Shown here: piece by piece, positions 43,952-53,900 of the stretch
Layout: every line of letters begins with the position of its first letter
How positions within the stretch are numbered: position 1 is the first letter of the stretch
NCBI GenBank assembly: GCA_963844815.1
Contig: CAWJPR010000001.1
Location: forward strand, 8,096-72,095
Origin: an uncultured Chloroflexia bacterium
GTDB taxonomy: Bacteria > Chloroflexota > Anaerolineae > Fen-1058
DNA: 64,000 nucleotides
Direction of reading: 5' to 3'
Made by a program: the position numbers and the translations under genes
Notes under the pieces: generated by a model
Databases searched by the model: none
Told to the model about the DNA's origin: nothing
What the model saw: the letters and a program-made list of their open reading frames with translations, nothing else

Positions 43952-44379
43952 TCTTTCTCACCTCGCCGGTCAAGCGCCGGCTCCGCTCCCGCAGCCCGCG
44001 CGATCTGTTCGCGCAAGCGGTGTTCGTGCGCCACGCCTTGATTGATCGCGATCACCTTCCGCTGCGCATCCAGCACGATCGTCGTCGGCAGCGACCACAC
44101 GCCATACTGCGCAGCCGCCTCTGGCTGCTCTGTGACATCGACGATCTCCACCTCGATCTTATCATGCCAGTCAAGCCGGATGCGATCGACGATGGGCAGC
44201 TGCTGCAACTTGCACGGCGCGCACGTCGGGCTGGTGAACACCAACAGCGCCACTCGACCGGCAGCCGCCCGTTCGAGCGATCCGCGCGCCGCGCGGCGTC
44301 GCTGCGCCTGCAGGATAAGGTGATACGCCAGCACGCCGAGGCCGGCAATTGCGATTGCTATTAAAATTCGTTCCCACAT
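43936..44379 (-). CDS. Thioredoxin-like protein (CxxC: TCAPCK) with N-terminal TM helix
   Basis: FTSPTCAPCKLQQLPIVDRI; 147 aa. Confidence 0.6.
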   Translation of the reverse strand: MWERILIAIAIAGLGVLAYHLILQAQRRRAARGSLERAAAGRVALLVFTSPTCAPCKLQQLPIVDRIRLDWHDKIEVEIVDVTEQPEAAAQYGVWSLPTTIVLDAQRKVIAINQGVAHEHRLREQIARAAGAEPALDRRGEKEWQPS

Positions 44380-44390
44380 GATCGAGCCCG

Positions 44391-44870
44391 CTATTCCCTG
44401 TGCTGCGCTTCAACTCGCGCATACTTGAAGCCGGGCACGCCCAGGCGATTGAGCCAGTAGTACATCAGGCAGCCCACGCAGATGCCCGCCAACAAGTTCA
44501 ACGCCGCCAGCGCCACGACGACCCACGCCAGCGCCCAACCGGCCACAGGCGCACCGGCCAGAAAGGCCAGCGTCGCCGCCAGCAGCACGATGCCGCCCAC
44601 GCCCTGCGCAAACAAATGCGGCTCGGGATTATCCCGGCGCACGTCGGGCCGCGCAATCTTCAACGGCTTCAAGACGAACCAGTACACGGCCTTGAACAAG
44701 GCGATGTTGGGAAAGAATGTCCCGATCAGCATCACCGCCGACACGCAGGCCACCAGCCACTCCGCGTCCAGCACAAACGCGATCACCAACAACCCGATGA
44801 TGAACACCTGATTCGTCCTGATGGCCGAATGATCCACTTTTCTCTGAGCCATGCTCTCCTCCTCTTTCAA
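44391..44870 (-). CDS. DUF4395-family membrane protein
   Basis: 159 aa, 4 TM helices. Confidence 0.5.
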   Translation of the reverse strand: MKEEESMAQRKVDHSAIRTNQVFIIGLLVIAFVLDAEWLVACVSAVMLIGTFFPNIALFKAVYWFVLKPLKIARPDVRRDNPEPHLFAQGVGGIVLLAATLAFLAGAPVAGWALAWVVVALAALNLLAGICVGCLMYYWLNRLGVPGFKYARVEAQHRE

Positions 44871-44964
44871 TCGGCATTGCGAGCCGCGTCGTATGTGGCA
44901 AAGCGATCTCCGCCAACCTTATAAGGAGACTGCTTCGCTACAAAGCGCTCGCAGTGACGTATCG

Positions 44965-45240
44965 TCAGCCCCCCGCCACCGACGGCACGATGGCCAGCTT
45001 ATCGCTCTCCTGCAGCGGCGTCTCGACATGCTTCAGATAGCGCACGTCCTCGTCGTTCAAATACACATTGACGAATGACCGCAGCTGGCCGCCTTCCGCA
45101 AACAAATGCGGCCGCAAAGTAGGGTACTGCGTCGTCAGAGCATTCAACGCTTCGCCCACCGTTGCCCCTTCCACGCTCACCGTTTTCTGTCCCCCGGTAT
45201 AGCCCCGCAACGGTGTAGGAATTGTGACTGGCACTCCCAT
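44965..45240 (-). CDS. cysO: MoaD/ThiS-family sulfur-carrier protein (CysO-like), C-terminal GG
   Basis: 91 aa ending ...IVPSVAGG; beta-grasp pattern. Confidence 0.7.
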   Translation of the reverse strand: MGVPVTIPTPLRGYTGGQKTVSVEGATVGEALNALTTQYPTLRPHLFAEGGQLRSFVNVYLNDEDVRYLKHVETPLQESDKLAIVPSVAGG

Positions 45241-45295
45241 ATATCTCCTCCTCTTGTTTTATCCGGACGATGTGTGATGAGGCGTCAGAGTCAAG

Positions 45296-45727
45296 CTACT
45301 GTCGCGCCACGATCTCTTCCTCATCGAACCCGCTGCGATCCTCCCGCAGTTCCCAACTCAGCACCTCGGCCGCCCTGCCCTGCTGCACAGACACGATCAC
45401 GTACGACCACCACGGCAAAGCATGTTCCCGATCGAACTCCGAAGGCCGCGCGGGATGATCCGGGTGCGAGTGGAAGAAACCGATCAGCAGCAGATCCTTG
45501 TTATCCGCATACGCTTCACCCTCACGATACATCTGATCGGTGATCAAAATCCGATTGTGCTGATCCTCGATCGCGCGCTGATTCTCGAACGGCCTGATCT
45601 CCACGACCACCTTACGCCCCTGCTCGTCAGCGCTGCCGATGAGCAAACCGCCGCCTTCGTAGGGATAGGTTCCCTCGACATGCTGCTGCAGCAGTGTTGC
45701 CTGCCGGCGATCGAGCACGAGAGTCAT
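45296..45727 (-). CDS. mec: JAMM/MPN+ metallopeptidase (Mec-like CysO-cysteine peptidase)
   Basis: JAMM motif E..(x)..HSHPDHPARPS.FD; 143 aa. Confidence 0.8.
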   Translation of the reverse strand: MTLVLDRRQATLLQQHVEGTYPYEGGGLLIGSADEQGRKVVVEIRPFENQRAIEDQHNRILITDQMYREGEAYADNKDLLLIGFFHSHPDHPARPSEFDREHALPWWSYVIVSVQQGRAAEVLSWELREDRSGFDEEEIVARQ

Positions 45728-45853
45728 CGGGCCGGCTCCTCGGCCCTGGCACGCTGGACTTGCGATCCCTGCGGCGTATCTTCAACCTCATAGCCTGCCG
45801 CGCTGATGCGGGTGGTGGTGTCGTATAGGCGCAGAGTCATCACGGCGCCGCCT

Positions 45854-46807
45854 TCAGGCTTCATTCCAGAATCTTTCGCTCAAGTACTTCAAGGCCGCAT
45901 CGGGAAACACTGTAACAATCACGCCCTGCTCAATCTGCGCCGCGATCTTCGTCGCCGCCAGCGCCGCCGCGGCCGCCGAAATGCCGACGAACAGCCCCTC
46001 TTCACGCGCCAGCCGCCGGGCCATGCGGAAGGTTTCCTCCGTGTCGACGGGCAGCGTCCGATCCGGCAGCGCCTGATCGAAGATGCCGGGCACGATGGCG
46101 GTCTCCATGTGCTTCAACCCTTCCAGTCCATGCAGCGGCGAATCGGGCTGCACGGCGATCAATTCGATGCCGGGATTCAACTCCCGCAAGCAGCGGCCGG
46201 TGCCCATCATGGTGCCGCTGGTGCCCAACCCTGCCACAAAGTGCGTCACGCGCCCGGCGGTCTGTTCCCATACTTCAGGACCGGTGGTGCGATAATGCGC
46301 CTGCCAGTTGGCCTGATTGTTGTACTGATCGGCATAGAAATACCTGGCAGGGTCGGCGGCGTAAAGCGATTGGGCTTCACGCTGCGCGCCGTCCGTGCCA
46401 TCGAGCGGATCGGTCAGGATCAGGTCGACGCCCAGGGCTTTCAGCGTGATGATGCGTTCCCGGCTCGCATTGGCAGGCATGGTCAGCGTCACCTGGTAGC
46501 CGCGCGCCGCGCACAAGGTGGCATAGGCGATGCCCATGTTGCCCGAAGTCGCATCGAGCAGAACCCGGTCGGGCGTCAGCTCTCCACTGCGTTCCGCCGT
46601 GAGGATAATCTCACGCGCGGCGCGATCTTTCACCGAGCCGCTGGGATTGAACCATTCGGCTTTGGCGTAAATCTCAACCTGCGGAAACTCCGCGCCGATG
46701 CGCCGCAAAGGGAAGAGCGGCGTGTGTCCAACGCGGGCCAAGAGTTCATCGCCCGGCAGCGTGGCCGCATACTTCACTTGCCAGAGCGGTAAAGCGGTAG
46801 TTGTCAT
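45854..46807 (-). CDS. cysM: PLP-dependent cysteine synthase (CysM/CysK family; CysO-thiocarboxylate-dependent type by context)
   Basis: NPSGSVKDRAA lysine motif; TSGNMG; GTGGT loop; RBS gggagg before MTTTALPL. Confidence 0.85.
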   Translation of the reverse strand: MTTTALPLWQVKYAATLPGDELLARVGHTPLFPLRRIGAEFPQVEIYAKAEWFNPSGSVKDRAAREIILTAERSGELTPDRVLLDATSGNMGIAYATLCAARGYQVTLTMPANASRERIITLKALGVDLILTDPLDGTDGAQREAQSLYAADPARYFYADQYNNQANWQAHYRTTGPEVWEQTAGRVTHFVAGLGTSGTMMGTGRCLRELNPGIELIAVQPDSPLHGLEGLKHMETAIVPGIFDQALPDRTLPVDTEETFRMARRLAREEGLFVGISAAAAALAATKIAAQIEQGVIVTVFPDAALKYLSERFWNEA

Positions 46808-46832
46808 GTCTCCTCCCTTGTTTCCAGGCCCG

Positions 46833-46926
46833 ATAAACAAAACAAGACCAACACACGCCCATACGGCGAATGCCCCTGCTCTCTTATTTGAGGCAAAGGC
46901 CACCGTCTGCGGGGGTGTTGGTCTTG
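46833..46926 (-). promoter_or_regulatory. 5' leader structure upstream of cysM: 12-bp stem (CAAGACCAACAC/GTGTTGGTCTTG) enclosing ~60 nt, followed by UUUUGUUUA
   Basis: Visible in sequence 26-120 nt upstream of the cysM start on the minus strand. Confidence 0.3.
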
Positions 46927-47145
46927 AAGTAAGCCGTTGTGCTTACCGTCGCAGGACGATGGCTACCGCCTCATCCTGCAACACATGCAAACCTGCTGCT
47001 TCATATGAATCTCCATCACTGCTCAATTGCTAAGAAAATTGTAACACGTCCAGAAGCGGCGTCAAGGGTCGCGCCGGGCAACAACCCGCTTGTTTTGTGG
47101 CAAAACGAACAAGGATTCTGCGGCCCGCCTGCGGTGTGATGCCGG

Positions 47146-47580
47146 TTACCTGATCGAAATCGTCTCAACCGGAACACCCAACTGCCGCGCCAGCGTCGCC
47201 AGATCGAAATACAGGCGCTCGCCCATGATTTGACCGCGGAGGATGGGAAAGACGATCGTCAAAGGCAGCGCAATTTCGCGGCCCGTGGCTGGAATACCAA
47301 ATAACGCGCCGCGCTGCGCGCCTCTCAAAATGGATTCTTCCACCACGCCTTCCTCGCCGACGAAAGCATTGATCAGCTCGAATGTGGCGTCAGGCACGCC
47401 TTCGAACAACCCGGCGTAAAACTGCGCCACCTGATCGCGCCCCTTGAAGGTGGCGCTCGTCGCCATGATCTTGTAGATGGGATCGTCGCACAGCGTCTCC
47501 AATAACCCGGCGATGTTGCGGCGGGTTTCGGCCAGCACATGACGTTGCCACACGCGGCGGTTCTCATGCAGCAGAGACAT
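47146..47580 (-). CDS. SnoaL-like / NTF2-fold protein (ester-cyclase-like)
   Basis: ~144 aa from MSLLHENRR with RBS ggaggtagg; weak family-level similarity. Confidence 0.5.
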   Translation of the reverse strand: MSLLHENRRVWQRHVLAETRRNIAGLLETLCDDPIYKIMATSATFKGRDQVAQFYAGLFEGVPDATFELINAFVGEEGVVEESILRGAQRGALFGIPATGREIALPLTIVFPILRGQIMGERLYFDLATLARQLGVPVETISIR

Positions 47581-47782
47581 CCATCCTACCTCCGAAAAGA
47601 AATGACGATCTATTGTAGTCCGCGACCGGCGGAAAGACAACTCCGATCTCTTCACGCGGCGGCGCATCCGGCGTCAAGGCGCGCCGCGCGCAAGCAGGCC
47701 CGGCACGGGGCGGCCTGACGCGATTTTATGAGCACTGTGTGCGCGTTGACTTGCGCGCCCTCTCCGAGTATCATTAGCCCTA

Positions 47783-48643
47783 ATGGCACGCCGCATCGTT
47801 CAGTCTTCCACCCAGCGCAGCCGCAAAACAGCACAGCGCGGACAGCGACCTGGCGTCAATGGCTGGCAGGTAATCACCCTGGCAGCCATCGGCCTGGTTG
47901 GCGCACTGCTGCTCTTCGTCATCACCGGCGCGGCAGCCAGTCGCCCGACCGATCGAAAGGTCATCATCGAATCGAGCCAGGCAGACCTCACACCGGCAAA
48001 CCTTACACAGGCGGATCTCACGCCGGATGCCGCGCCGGCCGCTCCGATCGCGATTGCCAGTGCCACACCACCGCAGCCGACCGCCGAGCGCCCGGCCGGG
48101 CCTTACGTCGGCATTGTCGCCGGCCACTGGGGGAATGACTCCGGCGCGGTCTGTTGGGACACCGATGTCACGGAGCGAGACACTAACCTGCGCATTGCGG
48201 AGTTAGTCGTGAAGCGTCTGCGCGCACGCGGCGTGTGGGTCGATCTGCTGCAGGAGTTCGACAGCCGGTTGAATGGTTTCCGCGGCGATGTGCTGGTCTC
48301 CATTCACGCCGACTCGTGTGATCCGATCGATGCCGATCCGCCCGCCACCGGCTTCAAAATCGCGCGCTCGCAGGCCAGCCAGAATCCCACCGCCACCGGC
48401 AAACTGGTTGATTGTCTGCGCGCCGAGTATCAACGCGCGACAAACATGGCTTTTCATGAAAACAGTATTACGAACGACATGACCTTCTACCACTCCTTCA
48501 GAGAGCTTGATCCGGACACACCGGCCGCCATTATTGAGACTGGCTTTTTGCGCCTTGATTATGATATGATCGTAAAGCAGCCTGAATTGCCCGCCGAGGG
48601 CATTGCCAACGGAATCCTGTGTTTCCTGAAATCTCAACTATGA
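47783..48643 (+). CDS. N-acetylmuramoyl-L-alanine amidase (Amidase_3) with N-terminal TM anchor and Pro/Ala-rich linker
   Basis: GIVAGHWGNDSGAV..., VLVSIHADS, zinc-ligand pattern of Amidase_3. Confidence 0.75.
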   Translation: MARRIVQSSTQRSRKTAQRGQRPGVNGWQVITLAAIGLVGALLLFVITGAAASRPTDRKVIIESSQADLTPANLTQADLTPDAAPAAPIAIASATPPQPTAERPAGPYVGIVAGHWGNDSGAVCWDTDVTERDTNLRIAELVVKRLRARGVWVDLLQEFDSRLNGFRGDVLVSIHADSCDPIDADPPATGFKIARSQASQNPTATGKLVDCLRAEYQRATNMAFHENSITNDMTFYHSFRELDPDTPAAIIETGFLRLDYDMIVKQPELPAEGIANGILCFLKSQL

Positions 48644-49767
48644 CCACAGAACCACGCCTCACCCTTCAACAGCTCCTGCAATACGGCATCCGGCTTGTCC
48701 AAGAAAACCAGCCGGAAGCAGCCCGGCCTTTCTTTGAAAAGATGCTGGAACGCGATCCTGGAAACATCCCGGCATTGATGTGGCTGGCCGGGTTGAGCCC
48801 GACGCCGGCTGACAGCTTTGCCTACATCGCCCGCGCCCTGACGATCGATCCGCAGAACGAGCGGGCGCACGCCGCCATTCGCTGGAATCATTGGCGCCAA
48901 CAAGCCGACAGGCTGCGCGCCGCCGGCTTCGAGCCCAGCGGACTGGCAGCAGCCACTCGGGCGGGCAAGAGCGCATCCCCAGCACGCACGGCGCCGGCCT
49001 GGCTGGGCGCGGTCGCGGCCCTGATCGTTTTCCTGGGCGCGTTCGCCTCGATCTATTTTGGCCAACCCCGGCCCGTCTCGGCCACGGCGCTGCAGCCTGG
49101 CGCGCCAGGGGTGGAAGCGGCACAGGTGCTGCCGCCTTCGGCCACGCCGCCGCCACTGGCAACGCTGGCGCAGCCGGATCCGGCCGCGCTGCCGCCACTG
49201 ACAACGCCCACACTGCCGCCCTCGGCCACGCCTGCGCCCACTGAAACTCCCGCCACTACGCCAACGCTCCCTCCCACAATCCTTCCCACCGCAACGCCGC
49301 CGCCTCCCACAGAAACGCCTGAGCCGCTTGCGGCGACACTGGAGCTGCCGACGCCGCTGCCCGTGCCGCCGGCCGATACGCCGGTTAGCGCGGTTAATCC
49401 AACGGGATCGAGCGGTGAGCGCTGGATCGATGTGGATCTGTCGAATCAAAAGCTGGTGGCTTACGAAGGAGATACGCCCGTCTACTGGGTCACCGTGTCG
49501 ACAGGCCTGCCGGACACGCCGACGGTTACCGGGCAATATCACATCTACGTGAAGTATCCGGCCCAAACGATGAGCGGCCCCGGCTATTATTTGCCTGACG
49601 TGCCCTACGTGATGTATTTCTATCTAGGTTATGGCATCCACGGCACGTACTGGCACTCCAATTTCGGCCACCCAATGAGCCACGGCTGCGTCAACACGCC
49701 CACGCCCGATGCACAGTGGTTGTACAACTGGGCCGAGGTGGGCACGCTGGTCAATGTCCATTATTAA
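48619..49767 (+). CDS. TPR-like N-domain, then Pro/Thr-rich linker, then L,D-transpeptidase (YkuD) catalytic domain
   Basis: C-terminal ...GYGIHGTYWHSNFGHPMSHGCVNTP (catalytic His/Cys). Confidence 0.75.
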   Translation: MFPEISTMTTEPRLTLQQLLQYGIRLVQENQPEAARPFFEKMLERDPGNIPALMWLAGLSPTPADSFAYIARALTIDPQNERAHAAIRWNHWRQQADRLRAAGFEPSGLAAATRAGKSASPARTAPAWLGAVAALIVFLGAFASIYFGQPRPVSATALQPGAPGVEAAQVLPPSATPPPLATLAQPDPAALPPLTTPTLPPSATPAPTETPATTPTLPPTILPTATPPPPTETPEPLAATLELPTPLPVPPADTPVSAVNPTGSSGERWIDVDLSNQKLVAYEGDTPVYWVTVSTGLPDTPTVTGQYHIYVKYPAQTMSGPGYYLPDVPYVMYFYLGYGIHGTYWHSNFGHPMSHGCVNTPTPDAQWLYNWAEVGTLVNVHY

Positions 49768-50290
49768 TCGGACTTCGCTCGAACTGATCCAGGCCGACAT
49801 CACCACGCTGGATGTCGACGCCATCGTCAATGCCGCGAACCACTCGCTGCTGGGCGGGGGTGGCGTCGACGGCGCGATTCACCGCGCGGCCGGGCCGCAG
49901 CTGCTGGCCGAATGCCGCACGCTGGGCGGGTGTGAAACCGGCGAAGCCAGGATCACCCGGGGGTATCGTCTCAAAGCGCGGCACGTGATTCACACCGTCG
50001 GACCGGTCTATTCCGGCGCGCCGCGCGACGCCGAACTGCTATCAGCCGCCGTGCGCAACTCGCTGCGCCTGGCCGATGAACAGCACCTCGCCTCGATCGC
50101 TTTTCCGGCCATCAGCACCGGCGCGTACGGCTATCCTCTGCGCGAGGCGGCGCAGGTCATGCTCTCCACCACGATCACCTACCTGAACGGCGATACGCGC
50201 CTCAGCCGGGTCATCATGTGCCTCTTCGATCATCGCGCCCTGAATATCTTTGACGAAACCCTGGCCGGCCTCAGACAGAATCTGGACTGA
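49754..50290 (+). CDS. Macro-domain protein (O-acetyl-ADP-ribose deacetylase, YmdB-like)
   Basis: [28 protein letters not shown]...; overlaps the previous stop. Confidence 0.8.
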   Translation: MSIINRTSLELIQADITTLDVDAIVNAANHSLLGGGGVDGAIHRAAGPQLLAECRTLGGCETGEARITRGYRLKARHVIHTVGPVYSGAPRDAELLSAAVRNSLRLADEQHLASIAFPAISTGAYGYPLREAAQVMLSTTITYLNGDTRLSRVIMCLFDHRALNIFDETLAGLRQNLD

Positions 50291-50382
50291 GACTTCCCCT
50301 GCCTGACACCGCCAGCCAGCCAGCCGCAGCCCTTCGCTGTGGTAGAATTGCTGCGCTATTGACCGGACACAAAGGAGAGCAC

Positions 50383-51318
50383 ATGCGAGTACTGATCACG
50401 GGCGGGGCGGGCTTTCTGGGTTCGCACCTGTGCGACAAATTCCTGAGCGAAGGCCACACGGTCATCGCGATGGACAATCTCATCACCGGCAGCACTCGGA
50501 ACATCGAGCATCTGGCGGGGCGCGACGACTTCCTCTTCATCAAGCAGGATGTGACCAACTACCTCTACATCGAAGGGCCGATCGATGCGGTGCTGCACTT
50601 TGCGTCCCCGGCCAGCCCGATCGATTACCTGAACCTGCCCATTCAAACGCTCAAAGTCGGCGCGCTGGGCACGCACAAGGCGCTGGGGCTGGCCAAGGCC
50701 AAGGGAGCGCGCTTCTTGCTTGCCTCCACCAGCGAAGTCTATGGCGATCCGCAGATCCATCCGCAGCCGGAAACTTACTGGGGCCACGTCAACCCGATCG
50801 GGCCGCGCGGCGTCTACGACGAAGCCAAACGTTTCGGCGAAGCCATGACGATGGCCTACCATCGCTATCACAGCGTCGACACGAAGATCGTGCGCATCTT
50901 CAATACTTACGGCCCGCGCATGCGATTGGAGGACGGGCGCGTGGTGCCGAACTTCATTCCGCAGGCATTGCGCGGCGAGCCGTTGACGGTGTACGGCGAT
51001 GGCCAGCAAACCCGATCGTTCTGCTACTGCGCCGATCTGATCGAAGGCATCTATCGCCTGTTATTGAGCGGTGAACACGATCCGGTCAACATCGGCAACC
51101 CCAACGAACTGACCATCCTCCAGTTTGCCGAAACCATCAATCGGTTGACGGGCAATCAGGCGGGCATCGTCTTTCAGCCGGAGAAGCGCATCAAAGACGA
51201 CCCGCAGACGCGCCGGCCGGACATCGCCAAGGCGCGCGCGCTGTTGAACTGGGAACCGAAAGTCCAGCTGGAAGAAGGCCTCAGCCGGACGATTGAGTAT
51301 TTTCGCAACCGGATCTAG
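50383..51318 (+). CDS. uxs: UDP-glucuronate decarboxylase (UDP-xylose synthase), SDR family
   Basis: [18 protein letters not shown], YxxxK catalytic pair; strong RBS aaggagag. Confidence 0.85.
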   Translation: MRVLITGGAGFLGSHLCDKFLSEGHTVIAMDNLITGSTRNIEHLAGRDDFLFIKQDVTNYLYIEGPIDAVLHFASPASPIDYLNLPIQTLKVGALGTHKALGLAKAKGARFLLASTSEVYGDPQIHPQPETYWGHVNPIGPRGVYDEAKRFGEAMTMAYHRYHSVDTKIVRIFNTYGPRMRLEDGRVVPNFIPQALRGEPLTVYGDGQQTRSFCYCADLIEGIYRLLLSGEHDPVNIGNPNELTILQFAETINRLTGNQAGIVFQPEKRIKDDPQTRRPDIAKARALLNWEPKVQLEEGLSRTIEYFRNRI

Positions 51319-51329
51319 GGATCAGGCTC

Positions 51330-52889
51330 TTGTTCGCGTCATCCTCGCCACGCGCGCGGCGCGCGCCGCGCTCATTGATCATCGAGCACCTTGCCCCCTC
51401 GCGGAGATGGGCGGTAATCATTGCCATGTCAGTGCTGATTGGCTCATTGGCCATCGCGCTCTTACCCGTGACCACAGCCATCGGGCTGGCGCTGATTGCC
51501 GCCGTGGTGGTGGGCACGCTGCTGGAACCGGGAATCGGCTTGATCGTCACGCTGCTGGTCGGGCCGTGGGCGGCGTGGATGAACACGTACACGCCCGGAC
51601 TGCTGCCGATCGATGCGGGGCAGATCATGGTGGGCTTCACGCTGGGCGCGTGGGTGCTGGGCGGCCTGGCCCGGCGCGAATTCGTCATTCCCCGATCGCC
51701 CCTGCTGATCCCGCTTGGCTTATTTGTGGGCTGGGCGGCGCTGTCCATGCTGTGGGCGCCCGATCTGGCTTTCGGCCTGCCTGAAGTGATCAAGTGGGTC
51801 GAGATCATTCTGGTCATGCTGCTGGCCATTGATGTGGCGCAGCGGCGCGGCGCACAGTGGATTCTGACGGGGGTCTTCACGACGGCGGCGCTGCAGGCGC
51901 TCATCGGTATCTACGAAGCGCGCATTCGGGGAGCGGGGCCATTGGGCTTTCAACTCTCTACAGGCGTCTACCGCGCCTACGGCACGTTCGAGCAGCCCAA
52001 TCCATTTGCGGGGTTCGTCGGGATGGTGCTGCCGATCGCCATCGCAGTAACTGCGTATTACGCGCTGCGTGTTGCGCATTCATTTCGCGCCCGCAACTTG
52101 CCATGGATTACGCCTGACGCCTTGCGTTTTGCGTGGCACGCCCTGGTCACGCTCTTGCTGGCCGCCGGTCTCTATCTGTCTTTTTCGCGCGGCGCATGGC
52201 TGGGCACGGCGGCGGCGATCGGAGCCATCATCGTGTTTGCGCCCCGGCGGTTGTGGATAGGCCTGGCGCTGGGCGCAGTCGCGCTGCTGGGACTGGTCGC
52301 ACTGTCGGGCGCGGGGCTGCTGCCTGCCGCCATCAGCGAACGGCTGGCGGACGCGGGCACCTTGCTGGAAATCCGCGATGTGCGCGGCGTTGCAATTAAC
52401 GACGCAAACTACGCGCTGATCGAGCGGCAGGCGCACTGGCAGGCCGCGCTGAACATGCTGACCGGGCACCCGTGGACGGGCGTCGGTTTCAGCAACTATC
52501 AACCGCTGTACGAACAATATCGCCTGCTGAACTGGCCCATGCCGCTGGGTCATGCTCACAACATCTATCTGAACGTCGCCGCCGAAACCGGGGTGATCGG
52601 GTTGGGGTTGTATCTGCTGTTATGGATCAGCGTCTTTGTGCTGACGTTTCGCGCCATCCGCCGGGCGCAGGGTTTCGATCGGGCGGCAGCCGTGGGGCTC
52701 ATGGGCGCCTGGGTCTTCCTGAGCACGCACATGCTGGTCGACAACCTGTACGTGAACAATACGCATCTGATGATCGGCGCATTGTTTGGACTGCTCGCCG
52801 TCATCGCGGGACGCGCGCTTCATCCGGCATCCAACCCCACAGGGGCGCTTCACAGCCTCCACGCGGGGCGTCCAACTTCCAACATCTAA
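51330..52889 (+). CDS. Polytopic membrane protein, O-antigen ligase/polymerase-like (Wzy_C-type)
   Basis: At least 10 predicted TM helices with a large periplasmic loop; the start may be an internal Met at ~51426. Confidence 0.5.
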   Translation: MFASSSPRARRAPRSLIIEHLAPSRRWAVIIAMSVLIGSLAIALLPVTTAIGLALIAAVVVGTLLEPGIGLIVTLLVGPWAAWMNTYTPGLLPIDAGQIMVGFTLGAWVLGGLARREFVIPRSPLLIPLGLFVGWAALSMLWAPDLAFGLPEVIKWVEIILVMLLAIDVAQRRGAQWILTGVFTTAALQALIGIYEARIRGAGPLGFQLSTGVYRAYGTFEQPNPFAGFVGMVLPIAIAVTAYYALRVAHSFRARNLPWITPDALRFAWHALVTLLLAAGLYLSFSRGAWLGTAAAIGAIIVFAPRRLWIGLALGAVALLGLVALSGAGLLPAAISERLADAGTLLEIRDVRGVAINDANYALIERQAHWQAALNMLTGHPWTGVGFSNYQPLYEQYRLLNWPMPLGHAHNIYLNVAAETGVIGLGLYLLLWISVFVLTFRAIRRAQGFDRAAAVGLMGAWVFLSTHMLVDNLYVNNTHLMIGALFGLLAVIAGRALHPASNPTGALHSLHAGRPTSNI

Positions 52890-52901
52890 TCATCCAACAC
52901 A

Positions 52902-53377
52902 TGGCACGCATTATCACTCTCGCAAAACGCAATCGCAAAGAGGCCAAACGCTTCATCAAGTTCATGTTCGTGGGCGCCATGGGCGCCATCGTGGACTTTG
53001 GCGCGTTGAACCTGCTGGCGCATGTCTTCGACGTGCCGGTGACCATCGCCGGAGTGATTTCGTTCACCCTGGCGGTGTCCCAGAATTTTCTGTGGAACCG
53101 TTACTGGACCTATCCCGAATCGCGCGCCTTTCCGGCGATTCCGCAGTATCTGCAGTTCTTTGTCATCAACGCGACCGCGCTGCTGATCCGCGTGCCGATT
53201 CTGGTGCTGGTGCCCGGCCCGGTGATCAGCCTGCTGGAATCTGCGGGGGTCGCGCCCGCGACCGCCGAAGTGCTGGGCAACAACTTCGCGCTCGCGCTGG
53301 CGGTGGGCATTGCCATGTTCTGGAATTTCTTTGTCAATCGCTTCATTACCTACCGGCACATCAAGGTCGGACAGTAG
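52902..53377 (+). CDS. GtrA-family membrane protein
   Basis: KFMFVGAMGAIVDFGALNLL... FLWNRYWTY; 4 TM helices. Confidence 0.7.
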
Positions 53378-53384
53378 GGCGCCC

Positions 53385-53900
53385 ATGTCTCAACTGATCA
53401 CGCTGGCGAAAACCAACCGCAACGAGTTCAAGCGCTTCACGAAGTTCCTGGTAGTGGGGGTCACCGGCTTCATCGTGGACTTCGGCATTTTCAACCTGCT
53501 GCTGCGCGCCTTGAACTTTCCGCCGGTGCTGGCGCAGGCGATTTCCTTTACCTCGGCGGCCATCAACAACTTCGTCTGGAACCGTTACTGGACTTATCCC
53601 GATTCGCGCAGCAAACCGCTGCTGCGGCAGTTCGGCATGTTCTTCGTGCTGAGCGTGATCGGCCTGCTGATCCGCACGCCGATCTTCGCGCTGTTCAGCG
53701 GCCCGATGGTGGCGTTGGTCGAAACGATGCAGTCTGGCGTGTTCGCCGGGGTAATCAATTTCGTGACCGGCACGCTGCACATCTCGATCGAGCAGTTGGG
53801 CCTCAACCTGGCGCTGGCTGTCGCCGTGCTGGTCGTGCTGTTCTGGAACTTCTTCTCGAACCGCTTTATCACGTACGGCGACGTGAAATTTGGCAAATGA
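53385..53900 (+). CDS. GtrA-family membrane protein (tandem paralogue)
   Basis: KFLVVGVTGFIVDFGIFNLLL... FVWNRYWTY. Confidence 0.7.
   Translation: MSQLITLAKTNRNEFKRFTKFLVVGVTGFIVDFGIFNLLLRALNFPPVLAQAISFTSAAINNFVWNRYWTYPDSRSKPLLRQFGMFFVLSVIGLLIRTPIFALFSGPMVALVETMQSGVFAGVINFVTGTLHISIEQLGLNLALAVAVLVVLFWNFFSNRFITYGDVKFGK

Noticed and set aside
46808-47140. SAM-I (S-box) riboswitch upstream of cysM
   Set aside because: A + strand segment (CTCTTATTTGAGGCAAAGG) superficially resembles the S-box start but is on the wrong strand. The minus-strand leader lacks recognisable S-box helices. Only a generic hairpin-plus-U-tract was retained as a feature.
52472-53397. 301-aa + ORF and 203-aa + ORF spanning the O-antigen-ligase end and GtrA
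   Set aside because: Long upstream extensions in high-GC DNA. The GtrA homology and an RBS-supported start begin at 52902.
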